Shown in pieces: positions 8,113-16,865 of a stretch of 32,000 nucleotides of DNA. Made by a program: the position numbers and the translations under genes. The first letter of the stretch is position 1. Each line of letters begins with the position of its first letter. Under the pieces are notes generated by a model that saw only the letters and a list, made by a program, of their open reading frames with translations, was not told where the DNA came from and did no database searches. Source of the stretch: Nitrosopumilaceae archaeon (GTDB lineage: Archaea; Thermoproteota; Nitrososphaeria; Nitrososphaerales; Nitrosopumilaceae); the NCBI GenBank assembly GCA_036749235.1, contig DAINYW010000002.1, forward strand, positions 34,926 to 66,925, read 5' to 3'.

Positions 8113-8970
8113 CTACTGGTAATAATTGGTACTCATTACCAATTCACGGTCTAAAAAATTCAGTATTATATCTGCGAATTTTTCTGGCTGTTCTACATGG
8201 GGTACATGTCCGCATCCTGGAATCTCAACAAATCTTGATTCTGTGATCGCAGACATAAATGGACTGGCATACTCTACTGGAATCACCTTGTCCTGCTTCC
8301 CCCATAGTATCAAAGTGGGTGACGTTATCTTTCGAAGCTTGTCCTCAAAATCCGTATCGTTCTTGATGCCCAAAACAGTTGAAAGGATTGCAAACTTTGC
8401 GTTTGGAAGGTTCATTCTTGTGATAAAGTCGTTTACTAACCTTTGTTCGACCTCTCCTTTCTCCACCATCATCCTAAGGGCCATATGTGCATTATCAGGC
8501 GTGGGATAGAGCGCAGCCAACATGTATGCGTCAAGGGCAGGAGTGGATCTCTTCATCATCCCTGAAGGAGATACTAAAACGATCTTATCTATGACACCAC
8601 TTTGAGTGCTAGCACACTCCGCAACTATCTGACCTCCTAGCGAAGATCCAATCAGACTTGTCCTTTCTATGCCAAGTGCTCCTAAAAATCTAAACACAAA
8701 ATTTGAAAGAAAATCCATGGTATAGTCTACTGACGGCTTGTCACTATGGCCAAAACCGATCAAGTCTGGTATGATCAGTCGATATTTTGACCTCAGATGG
8801 GGAATCACACGAAGCCATCTTTCTGCAGAGGCACCAAGGCCGTGGATAAGAACCAGGGTCTCGTCAGAATCACCGTCGTCGAGATACCTTGTGTTGTATC
8901 CTGCCACGCTTACAAATCGCTCTTTCAAGGATGTTTGTTCGCAGTTTCTACACAAGATAACCTTTTCCAT
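8113..8970 (-). CDS. alpha/beta-fold hydrolase
   Basis: HG oxyanion motif (LVLIHGLGAS), nucleophile elbow G-S-S-L-G-G, and C-terminal catalytic His in GCGHVPHVEQPEKF. General MhpC/BphD-like esterase architecture. Confidence 0.85.
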   Translation of the reverse strand: MEKVILCRNCEQTSLKERFVSVAGYNTRYLDDGDSDETLVLIHGLGASAERWLRVIPHLRSKYRLIIPDLIGFGHSDKPSVDYTMDFLSNFVFRFLGALGIERTSLIGSSLGGQIVAECASTQSGVIDKIVLVSPSGMMKRSTPALDAYMLAALYPTPDNAHMALRMMVEKGEVEQRLVNDFITRMNLPNAKFAILSTVLGIKNDTDFEDKLRKITSPTLILWGKQDKVIPVEYASPFMSAITESRFVEIPGCGHVPHVEQPEKFADIILNFLDRELVMSTNYYQ

Positions 8971-8996
8971 AACAACATTTAGACAGAATGTTATGA

Positions 8997-10085
8997 TTAT
9001 TGAATCTCAGCTAACTTTTCAGCTGCATCCCTTTCGCCTTTTTCTATAAGTTGCTTTATTGTTGTAATAGAAAAATCAGCATCCTCAAAGAGAAAGTGCG
9101 AGTCCTCCTGACGTTGTATCCTTACTATCTGATCTATTATTGCGCCTCTTTCACCTGCCAGCTTTTGGTACTCTTGCTCTATTCTTGAAATCTTTGCCTT
9201 AGAATTGTCATCTAGAGGAACCTTGATGAGAATTTCATACATTTCTCTAACAAGCGAAAGATATCGGTTGATGACCCTTGACATGCGAAGGTTGTGTAAC
9301 GTCTTATCTGCATGCATGATATCCCTTGCCCTATGCCATACCTCGATCATGTTTCTTGGAAGCTCGTGTTGTTTGTCTGGAAACACGTCTACGATGTAAA
9401 CCCTCTTGTCATGCTTTGGAGAAGCATCAATGACTTCTCGAAGAGGTGTATTACTAAGTAACGTTCCATCCCATAGGTACTTGCCATTAATTTGTGTCCA
9501 AGATATTCCATAAAATGGATATCCTGCACATGCAAGAATGTGATCTGCCATTATGTTGTCGTACATGCTATCAAACACAGATGGTTTTGCGTTTTCTACG
9601 TCAGTTGATGTTATTATCAGCCGCGGTCTTTTTTGTTCCCTTATTTTTTTAAAATCTACATATTCATTTAACGTATTTTTCAGTGGCCTTAGATCGTAAA
9701 GATATGGCCACAAAAATGGAAAGAAGTAATCAGGAGAAGGCAGAAACCATTTTGGTAAAAATAATTTAGGATTGCCCCAAATGGCAGAGTTCATAGATGC
9801 AAAGTATGGTCTAACATTATCTGGCAACCCAGGCGGAGTAAGATATTCTGCTATATCTAACCAAAAATTCTCCAAGTCTTTCACAGGATCATTTTTTGCA
9901 CCAGCAATTATTGCTGCGTTTATTGCGCCGATCGAAGTTCCTGCGACGATATCAAATTTTATTCCATGCTTATTTAGAGCCTTGTACACGCCGCATTCGT
10001 ATGCTCCAAGTGATCCTCCACCTTGTAAAATGAGGACTGTCTCAAAACTCAACTTTTTGTTCTCTTTTTGAGATAGACTTTGCAT
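8997..10085 (-). CDS. patatin-like phospholipase/esterase
   Basis: Oxyanion G-G-G-S-L-G, nucleophile G-T-S-I-G (Ser51), and catalytic Asp in YLWDGTLLSNTP. Confidence 0.85.
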   Translation of the reverse strand: MQSLSQKENKKLSFETVLILQGGGSLGAYECGVYKALNKHGIKFDIVAGTSIGAINAAIIAGAKNDPVKDLENFWLDIAEYLTPPGLPDNVRPYFASMNSAIWGNPKLFLPKWFLPSPDYFFPFLWPYLYDLRPLKNTLNEYVDFKKIREQKRPRLIITSTDVENAKPSVFDSMYDNIMADHILACAGYPFYGISWTQINGKYLWDGTLLSNTPLREVIDASPKHDKRVYIVDVFPDKQHELPRNMIEVWHRARDIMHADKTLHNLRMSRVINRYLSLVREMYEILIKVPLDDNSKAKISRIEQEYQKLAGERGAIIDQIVRIQRQEDSHFLFEDADFSITTIKQLIEKGERDAAEKLAEIQ

Positions 10086-10163
10086 TCAATATGAATTATT
10101 CCGTAAAATATTAAAAGGTTTGATAATGTATTGCGATAGTTTACAACTGAGAATTACTATAAC

Positions 10164-10172
10164 ATTATAATA
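10164..10172 (+). promoter_or_regulatory. TATA-like box for the aldehyde dehydrogenase gene
   Basis: 'attataata' centred 27 nt upstream of GTG 10195. This supports the GTG as a leaderless start. Confidence 0.4.
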
Positions 10173-10194
10173 CGATGATTCCACAGTATGGTCC

Positions 10195-11583
10195 GTGAGT
10201 TTCAAAACAATCAATCCAGCCACCGAACAGGTCATGGTGGAATATCAAAACATTAGCAAAGACGAACTTCAGACAATTGTAAAAAAATCTAGAATCGCAT
10301 TTCATGACTGGAAGAAAAACATCAAAAAAAGAGCAGATTACTTGCATATCTTTGCGCAAGAGCTAAGAAAGGAAAAGGCCAAGCTTGCGCGCGTTGCAAC
10401 AAATGAAATGGGAAAGCCTATCAAAGAATCAATTTCAGAAGTGGAAAAATGTGCGTGGGCAATGGAATTCTACGGGGATAATGGTGAGATCTTTCTAAAC
10501 CCTGAAGTTGTTAATACTGATGCTCGAAAGAGCTACATTTCATTTGAACCACTCGGAGTGATTGGAAGTATAATGCCATGGAATTTTCCCTATTGGCAAG
10601 CGCTGAGGTTTGCAGCTCCCTGTCTTATGTCGGGAAATACCGTGGTGCTAAAGCCTGCAAGTGCAACTATGCAGTGTGGAATAGAGATAGAAAATACCTT
10701 GAAGGCAATTGGATTGCCGGAGGGCGTATTTCAGACAATAGTAGGCGATTCAAGTATAGCAGAACAACTTATCGACTCTGATGTAAATGCAGTAACATTT
10801 ACCGGAAGTAACATAGTCGGTGCTAAAGTAGCTCAAAGGGCTACATCTCAGATAAAAAAGTGTGTTCTTGAACTTGGTGGCAGTGATCCTTTTATCGTGT
10901 GCTCGGACGCAGATATAGAAAAGGCATCAACCGGTGCAGTAAAAGGAAGATTCATCAATTGTGGCCAAAGTTGTATTGCATCTAAGCGATTCTTTGTTGT
11001 CAAAAAAGTAGCAAAGGACTTCATTGAGAAATTTCTTCAAAAAGCTGAAAGACTAAAGGTTGGGGACCCCATATCTGAAGATACTGATATAGGGCCATTG
11101 GTAAATGCAGCTGGCCTCAATAAAATAGAAGATCTTGTAAAAGACGCAGCAAGCAACGGTGCGCAGGTATTGACAGGAGGAAAGAGATTGAGGAGTAAAG
11201 GATACTTTTATGCCCCTACTCTTTTGGATAGGGTTACCACCAAGATGAGAGTAGCTAAAGAAGAAGTGTTTGGCCCCGTTGCACCAATAACTACAGTGGA
11301 AGACGAGATGGAAGCAATAAAACTTGCCAATGAATCCCAATTTGGCCTAGGTGCCAGCTTATGGACTCAGGACCTTGAACGGGCAAAAAAACTATCCGAA
11401 TTGGTAGAATCTGGTATAGTCACCGTAAACAATGTTGTCATATCGGATCCTAGAATTCCCTTTGGCGGAATCAAACAAAGTGGATTTGGAAGAGAGCTAT
11501 CAAGATATGGAATGCTTGAATTTGTTAACATGAAGTCTGTGAGGTTCTACGACCAACTAGTGATTCATCACCACGTCGAATAG
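10195..11583 (+). CDS. NAD(P)+ aldehyde dehydrogenase, succinate-semialdehyde dehydrogenase-like
   Basis: ALDH superfamily strings: PWNFPYWQ, FTGS..VG, catalytic Glu in LELGGSDP, catalytic Cys in FINCGQSCIASKRF, and EEVFGPV. The short N-terminus (INPATEQV...) is typical of GabD-type enzymes. Substrate cannot be fixed from sequence. Confidence 0.85.
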   Translation: MSFKTINPATEQVMVEYQNISKDELQTIVKKSRIAFHDWKKNIKKRADYLHIFAQELRKEKAKLARVATNEMGKPIKESISEVEKCAWAMEFYGDNGEIFLNPEVVNTDARKSYISFEPLGVIGSIMPWNFPYWQALRFAAPCLMSGNTVVLKPASATMQCGIEIENTLKAIGLPEGVFQTIVGDSSIAEQLIDSDVNAVTFTGSNIVGAKVAQRATSQIKKCVLELGGSDPFIVCSDADIEKASTGAVKGRFINCGQSCIASKRFFVVKKVAKDFIEKFLQKAERLKVGDPISEDTDIGPLVNAAGLNKIEDLVKDAASNGAQVLTGGKRLRSKGYFYAPTLLDRVTTKMRVAKEEVFGPVAPITTVEDEMEAIKLANESQFGLGASLWTQDLERAKKLSELVESGIVTVNNVVISDPRIPFGGIKQSGFGRELSRYGMLEFVNMKSVRFYDQLVIHHHVE

Positions 11584-11784
11584 GATTCTTTGAAGTGATT
11601 CAAAAGTTTGAATCCATTGTCTTAGAGCACGAGTATCCCTTCCATGAATCGTCCATGTTTTTTGCCCCTTTAGTCCTTTTAACCACAAAGCTATTTCCGT
11701 AATTCCTTGATAAAAAGGAATCAAAAGTCAACTTTCCGGGAAAACAACATGAACCTTTTTCTAACTCTCTTGCTATAACATTAC

Positions 11785-12156
11785 ATGTCCCTTGAGAAAC
11801 TGTTAGATAACATCATGAATACTGACTCGCACATCAGATACGTGACTATCTGTGACATGGACGGAAAGGAAATTCAAACATCAATTCGAGAGAATGTTAC
11901 ACCTTTGCTTAATGACGAAGAAACCAAAGAGACACTTCACTACGCAGTTAATGCATGGAAGACACGAAGCAAGTTTGCGCCAAAGATTGGCAAAGGAAAG
12001 TATGTCCTAGCTGTTTATGAAAAACTCAGGAGATTGACAATGCCCATAGGAGAAAAATACTTGCTCTTGATTACTTGGGGAACTGATGGCGGAACAGCTG
12101 ACATAATCGAGCATCTTCAGAACATGTTCTCCGGAGATTACACACGTGATTGGTGA
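11785..12156 (+). CDS. conserved hypothetical small protein, paralogue 1
   Basis: Paralogue of 12257..12607. Shared core: IR(Y/F).TI.DM.GK...LL..EE...L..A.NAWK.R....KIGKGKY.L..YEKL.R.TMP. By alignment with the paralogue, the start may be Met11 (ATG 11815). Confidence 0.6.
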   Translation: MSLEKLLDNIMNTDSHIRYVTICDMDGKEIQTSIRENVTPLLNDEETKETLHYAVNAWKTRSKFAPKIGKGKYVLAVYEKLRRLTMPIGEKYLLLITWGTDGGTADIIEHLQNMFSGDYTRDW

Positions 12157-12256
12157 GCAGCAGAGACTCAAATAGTGGTCTGAGTAAGCTAGTAATCTTT
12201 ATCCTTTAGAAAACCTACTAGACAATACGAATTACAAGTCATTATATGAAAAAGTC

Positions 12257-12607
12257 ATGGCACTTGACCCCAAAATTAGATTTGCGACAATATTTGACAT
12301 GAATGGTAAAGTAATGATAAGTGGCCATCGTAAGGGTGTGGAGAATCTTCTTTCACCAGAAGAAAGTCAAAAGTCACTTCAGCTCGCAATTAATGCTTGG
12401 AAATCTCGTAACGAAGTTTCAAATAAGATTGGAAAGGGGAAATACGCGCTAGTGGAATATGAAAAGCTAAAACGAATTACGATGCCATTAGATGAAGATC
12501 ACATTCTCTATATAACTACTGATGTGGAAGCGGACCATGCACCTATAATTTATCGAGCCTTAAGATTAAAGCAGGATATGCTTCACAGTCCAGATGGAAT
12601 GCCTTGA
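12257..12607 (+). CDS. conserved hypothetical small protein, paralogue 2
   Basis: 44 identical residues in 98 ungapped aligned positions with 11785..12156 (hand count). The beta-beta-alpha-beta-beta-beta-alpha pattern is compatible with a Roadblock/LC7-like fold, which is a low-confidence inference. Confidence 0.6.
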   Translation: MALDPKIRFATIFDMNGKVMISGHRKGVENLLSPEESQKSLQLAINAWKSRNEVSNKIGKGKYALVEYEKLKRITMPLDEDHILYITTDVEADHAPIIYRALRLKQDMLHSPDGMP

Positions 12608-12960
12608 AGGTTAGTACAAAATTTCTCAGATAAATTAACGAATATTTCTATAAATAGTGAAATCTAAATTTTGGCAAGGCCGCGTTTTGATTTTTTAAAA
12701 TAGTTTGTAATACAATCTTCATGAGTGTATCTAATGGGGTCGCAGGAAGTTTGGCAAAACCAGCAAATACCTTTACGATATTCTGGTAACTAGATCACTC
12801 TCATTTCCTTTATACGTCATTCCTGGTCTTATTTTTGATCCAAGCGTATTTACACACGATCTTATTTTTGAGATATTATAGGAATATGATCAAATCGACA
12901 AAGCAAAGAAGAACAATACATCAACCAACGAAAAAATAGCAAGACTGCAAACATATTTTA

Positions 12961-14286
12961 CTACAACCTAATTCTATAGTAGTCCCAACGTTCTGGATTA
13001 AACGGTCTTGTAAATTCTATCTGTTCTCCTCGTTGAATTCTACTTGATATTACATCTCTTAGTGCAAAACTTGCCAGGTACTTGTAACCCTTTGCTTGGG
13101 CTTGCATTGTAAATAAGAGTCTCATCTCGCGTCCTCCCTTCTGGCCCCAATATCCCATTCTAATAGCTATTGGCTCCAAAAATGCCGTGTTTGACAATCC
13201 ATAATTTGGTTCGTTAAGATCTGGCCGCAATCCATATCCTTCAATAGGACCGCCTTTGGCAAAACCAACTATTGGTCCATTCCCGCTTCCAAGTCTCAAT
13301 GTATTGAGAATCGTATAAGCATCTCTCACGGAATCAGCAAATTCTTCCTTTTTGAACTGCAGTGGAAGAGGCAGCTCTTCATGTATCTTATCCAGGGTTT
13401 TTATGAAATCAGAGTCCCTTCGTATAGATATTGGTTCTATGTTTGCAAAAAATCTGGCGTTATCATAGACAAGAGATGCCTCAATCTGTATTTCTTGCTC
13501 TCGCAATTTCATAAATGACAAAACATTGTCCATGAAATTCTTTCTCATCTCCCTTGGAAGTGAACGCAATATTCTCTGGCACATCTCGGCTTCGTTGTTG
13601 AGAAGATCCTCAAAATACGAAACAGATCTCCTTACGATGTAAATTGGATGCCATGCCAACGCATGAGCATTTTTTTGTGCCATCTCCATTGCTTTTGTAA
13701 AATCACCAAGAGCATATCCTCCAATTCTGTCAGCAACTGATAGAAACCAACCAAGCTTTCTAAAATGCTCCTTTTTGATATCATCATCTTTTGTGATATT
13801 TGATTTCGACAAGTATTCATCAATCTCTTTCTCCACAGTCTTTCTTATATCCTCAGTCCAGGGATGGGTGGTCCTCAGAATTAGTGCTGCAATCAAATTT
13901 TCATCAATGCCTGCATCTTCTAGCAGTGAATGTAGTTTTTGATCGGTCAACACAAATCTTACTGCATCTTCTTCATGTGGCTTGTCTACCTTCTTGCCTG
14001 GATCATAGTCATGAAATAGAGCGGCTACAAAAAGGTACGGAAAATCTTCTTTTGCAAACTTGGCATGTAGGCTCTCCCATTGAGCTGCTAGAAGTGTCAC
14101 ATACGTAACTTCCAGCTCATGAACGATATTGTGATACCCATAATAGTTTACTCCCAGTCCCTTTGACTCGAATAGTTCGACTGTATAATCAAGGATCTTG
14201 GAATAACATGTTCTATCTAATCCGTTTGTAACCAATATTTTTTGGATCTCATCTCGTAATGCTACTGGATTTTGGCTTTGTAGCAA
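12961..14286 (-). CDS. HD-domain phosphohydrolase fused to a GNAT-like acetyltransferase domain
   Basis: N-terminal H...HD...D pattern (YHNIVHELE, AALFHDYD, SVADR). C-terminal GNAT motif-A-like LEPIAIRMGYWGQKGGREMRLLFTMQAQAKGYKYL. TTG start at 14286; there is no nearby in-frame ATG. Confidence 0.65.
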   Translation of the reverse strand: MLQSQNPVALRDEIQKILVTNGLDRTCYSKILDYTVELFESKGLGVNYYGYHNIVHELEVTYVTLLAAQWESLHAKFAKEDFPYLFVAALFHDYDPGKKVDKPHEEDAVRFVLTDQKLHSLLEDAGIDENLIAALILRTTHPWTEDIRKTVEKEIDEYLSKSNITKDDDIKKEHFRKLGWFLSVADRIGGYALGDFTKAMEMAQKNAHALAWHPIYIVRRSVSYFEDLLNNEAEMCQRILRSLPREMRKNFMDNVLSFMKLREQEIQIEASLVYDNARFFANIEPISIRRDSDFIKTLDKIHEELPLPLQFKKEEFADSVRDAYTILNTLRLGSGNGPIVGFAKGGPIEGYGLRPDLNEPNYGLSNTAFLEPIAIRMGYWGQKGGREMRLLFTMQAQAKGYKYLASFALRDVISSRIQRGEQIEFTRPFNPERWDYYRIRL

Positions 14287-14744
14287 CAGAAGAGGATCAG
14301 TTATGTGGGTTTTAAGTCCTACCTCCTAAATTAGCCGTGGAACATATGTAACACTAGAACACTAGCCAGGATTAATCATGTTCCTAGAACCATACACTAT
14401 ATGGAAAACGAACCCCGAAAAGATGAGACGTTGGGAAGCATGGAAATCGACGCCATTGACCTCATTGAGGGAGGGATGGGCAAAAGAGCTATGGAAAAGT
14501 TGCATAAGCAAATTTGCTCCAAATTTGTTCAATAACAATCATTTGCAAGAATTTCGTATTTTCTAGAGAGCACTGAATAATGAATATCCAGCGGACAGAT
14601 TTTTACATTATCATATAAGTAGTTTTACTGCATCTAAAATCTAAAGAGAAAAATTGGACGGAATAATCTGTAACTCATCTCCGCTGACTATCAAAGCAAA
14701 TAATCACAAGTAAAGGTCAAATACAAGACTTCTAAAAGGACTTT

Positions 14745-15248
14745 ATGCTCCATTTGTCATACGCGATTATGGTGGCTCTAGCTGTTTCAGTGGGAGTTGC
14801 ACCAATCTTTGCGCAGACACAAAATCAATTTTCTGTCATGGACCCTGCCGGCGGGCAGTCATATCCTGTAAACTATAGTATCACAGGAGGAGCGGTAAAC
14901 GATATGTCGATCAACACAAACGAAACCTCGCTTGTCGTGTCGATCCAGTCAACAGGTGCTGGTAATCTTACAATGACTCTTCCAAGGACACTAATAGACG
15001 CTAAGGCTGGCGCAGACGATGATCTGTTCTTTGTCCTAGTAGACGGTGCTGACACAGATTTTAACGAGTCAAAGACCAATACGGATAGAACTCTAACGGT
15101 ATCTTTTCCTGATGGAACTCAACAAATAGAGGTAATTGGAACACAAGTAGTCCCAGAGTTTGCTGGATTAGCATTTGCAATACTTGCAATTTCAATTCTA
15201 ATGATAATCGTTTTTTCCACCAAAACCACAATAAGATTCAGACAATAA
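14745..15248 (+). CDS. secreted protein with PEFG-CTERM-type sorting tail
   Basis: Signal peptide ...VGVAPIFAQ. Single beta-rich domain. C-terminal P-E-F-A-G (cca gag ttt at 15153-15161), then TM segment LAFAILAISILMIIVF, then basic tail TIRFRQ. Confidence 0.8.
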   Translation: MLHLSYAIMVALAVSVGVAPIFAQTQNQFSVMDPAGGQSYPVNYSITGGAVNDMSINTNETSLVVSIQSTGAGNLTMTLPRTLIDAKAGADDDLFFVLVDGADTDFNESKTNTDRTLTVSFPDGTQQIEVIGTQVVPEFAGLAFAILAISILMIIVFSTKTTIRFRQ

Positions 15249-15288
15249 CCTACCACTTTCTTTTACTGCGTATCTATAATCTGATTAT

Positions 15289-15543
15289 CTAGCTAAATCC
15301 TGCACCAAACTGGTCCCCATATTGGAGTGGATCGATAGAGTCAGAGCTTTTCAATTTCAGATACAAAAAGACTTCATTTACTAATTGTACCGCATCCTCG
15401 TCTTTGAGATGAAATTCGTTTTTCACGTAATCGTGATACTTTTTCAGCTTCTGTGGGTCTTGTTCATCCACAGATATCCTGTCTGAAATAACTAACGCCG
15501 CCACCTTTTCAATCCGGGAATTATAGTCTGAATCACTCAACAT
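15289..15543 (-). CDS. small hypothetical protein (84 aa)
   Basis: ATG ORF with acidic helical composition. Minus-strand TATA-like 'cttaaaa' (plus-strand 15564-15570) is centred about 25 nt upstream of the ATG. Confidence 0.5.
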   Translation of the reverse strand: MLSDSDYNSRIEKVAALVISDRISVDEQDPQKLKKYHDYVKNEFHLKDEDAVQLVNEVFLYLKLKSSDSIDPLQYGDQFGAGFS

Positions 15544-15695
15544 TTTTTAGCTCCGATTCTGGCTTTTAAGTGATTGGAGGTATGCGACCGCATAAGATTT
15601 GAAAGTAGCATTTTCAAGCATCTTACGTCTTGGATGCGAGCCAACATGCCTGCATATTGCTCTAATAGGTGATTACCACTTTTGGCAGATGGGTT

Positions 15696-15705
15696 TTTTA
15701 TATTA
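15696..15705 (+). promoter_or_regulatory. TATA-like box for the TrmB regulator gene
   Basis: 'ttttatatta' centred about 33 nt upstream of ATG 15734. Confidence 0.35.
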
Positions 15706-15733
15706 TTAGATTGGAAACACCCTAGGTATTATA

Positions 15734-16597
15734 ATGCAAGCTGAAAAATTGGCTGTGAATTCAGACATAAGCATCTTTGACACTGAACCAGATTCCAGTT
15801 TGTATCAGCACAAGTTACAGCTTGACAAAGTAAGGGACGAACTTATGAAATTTGGGCTGTCATCAAACCAAGCTAAAGTGTTCATATATCTTTCAAAATG
15901 TGGACCAAAAAAAGCGTCTGACATCTTCAAGGCCCTGGACTTGCCAAGGACAGAAACATATGGAATTCTTAATGGGTTACAAAGTCGTGGTATTATTACT
16001 GCTGAATTTTCCACTCCTGTAATCTATGCTGCGCTTCCTTTGAGGGATACGCTTGAGGCTCTTGTAAATGCGGAGAAGGAGAAGATCAACATACTTGCAA
16101 AACGAGAAAGTAAGCTTGTCGAGCTGTGGAATGAAATACCAACAGGTATTGCGGAAGGAAGGACTACTAGGAGAGAACAATTACAAATGCTTCAGGGAAA
16201 CCCGCAAATTCATTCTAAAGCCAGACAGATGGTGGAAAGTGCGAAGGAAGAAATTAGAATATTTTGTACATTAAAGGATCTTTCTAGTTTCTATCATTCA
16301 GACCTTATTGATATGTTATCAAGTTCAGTTGCAGATGTAAAGTTCATCATATCTCCAGCTACTATGATACCATCTTTTGCGCGGAAAATTAATAAAAGAA
16401 GGATTAGGTTGATGCCCAACACCAAGACTGAAAATCAATGCTTTGTAGTAAAGGATTCAGAAGTTTTGATTTTCTTAAGAAATGCGAGCTTCGCCCCAAA
16501 CAACGTCTTTGCCATATGGACTGATTCAAAAACACTTGCAGAATCCATGACTCTGTTGTTTGATTGTTGTTGGGAAAAATCAGATACGATTCATTAA
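15734..16597 (+). CDS. TrmB-family transcriptional regulator
   Basis: N-terminal wHTH: LMKFGLSSNQAKVFIYLSKCGPKKASDIFKALDLPRTETYGILNGLQSRGII. This is followed by a coiled-coil linker and a C-terminal TrmB-type effector-like domain. Confidence 0.85.
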   Translation: MQAEKLAVNSDISIFDTEPDSSLYQHKLQLDKVRDELMKFGLSSNQAKVFIYLSKCGPKKASDIFKALDLPRTETYGILNGLQSRGIITAEFSTPVIYAALPLRDTLEALVNAEKEKINILAKRESKLVELWNEIPTGIAEGRTTRREQLQMLQGNPQIHSKARQMVESAKEEIRIFCTLKDLSSFYHSDLIDMLSSSVADVKFIISPATMIPSFARKINKRRIRLMPNTKTENQCFVVKDSEVLIFLRNASFAPNNVFAIWTDSKTLAESMTLLFDCCWEKSDTIH

Positions 16598-16704
16598 ATT
16601 TATCTCATATATTTTAGATCGCATAATATGTTGTAATGCCAGATTCGCGGATTGACAAATACCTGCAACAACTGTACAAAAAATAACTCCCAAAATCACA
16701 CAAA

Positions 16705-16836
16705 TCAAAGATCTTCTTTTGATGATTTCTCATCTTCGAACTCGTCATCGAGATACTCTATATACACTTCTTCCCCGTTCTCTCTGTTTTCATTAAGGTA
16801 TTCTTCTTTACCTAGTTGCTTTTTCTTGTTATTCAT
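16705..16836 (-). CDS. possible 43-aa highly acidic micro-protein
   Basis: Absent from the ORF track because it is under 60 aa. Sequence MNNKKKQLGKEEYLNENRENGEEVYIEYLDDEFEDEKSSKEDL*. The TATA element at 16866-16874 lies about 34 nt upstream on this strand. No other support. Confidence 0.3.
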   Translation of the reverse strand: MNNKKKQLGKEEYLNENRENGEEVYIEYLDDEFEDEKSSKEDL

Positions 16837-16865
16837 ATCTAGTAGCCGTCTTCTGTATACCTAAG

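Noticed and set aside
12827-12871. 12-nt direct repeat 'tcttatttttga' (12827-12838 and 12860-12871) in the 350-nt gap after the second small paralogue.
   Set aside because: There are only two copies, and the sequence is T-rich. It is most simply explained as oligo-T termination signals between convergent genes. It is not a CRISPR-like or regulatory array.
14378-14566. 62-aa Trp-rich ORF in the gap between the HD-GNAT gene and the PEFG-tail gene.
   Set aside because: No TATA element at the expected distance, no SD, and no recognisable motif. It cannot be supported from sequence alone, though conservation could rescue it.
16652-16864. 70-aa plus-strand ORF (MTNTCNNCTKNNSQ...).
   Set aside because: It has a TTG start and is extremely Ser/Asn-rich and low-complexity. 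It looks like the mirror image of the acidic minus-strand ORF. No motif or signal supports it.
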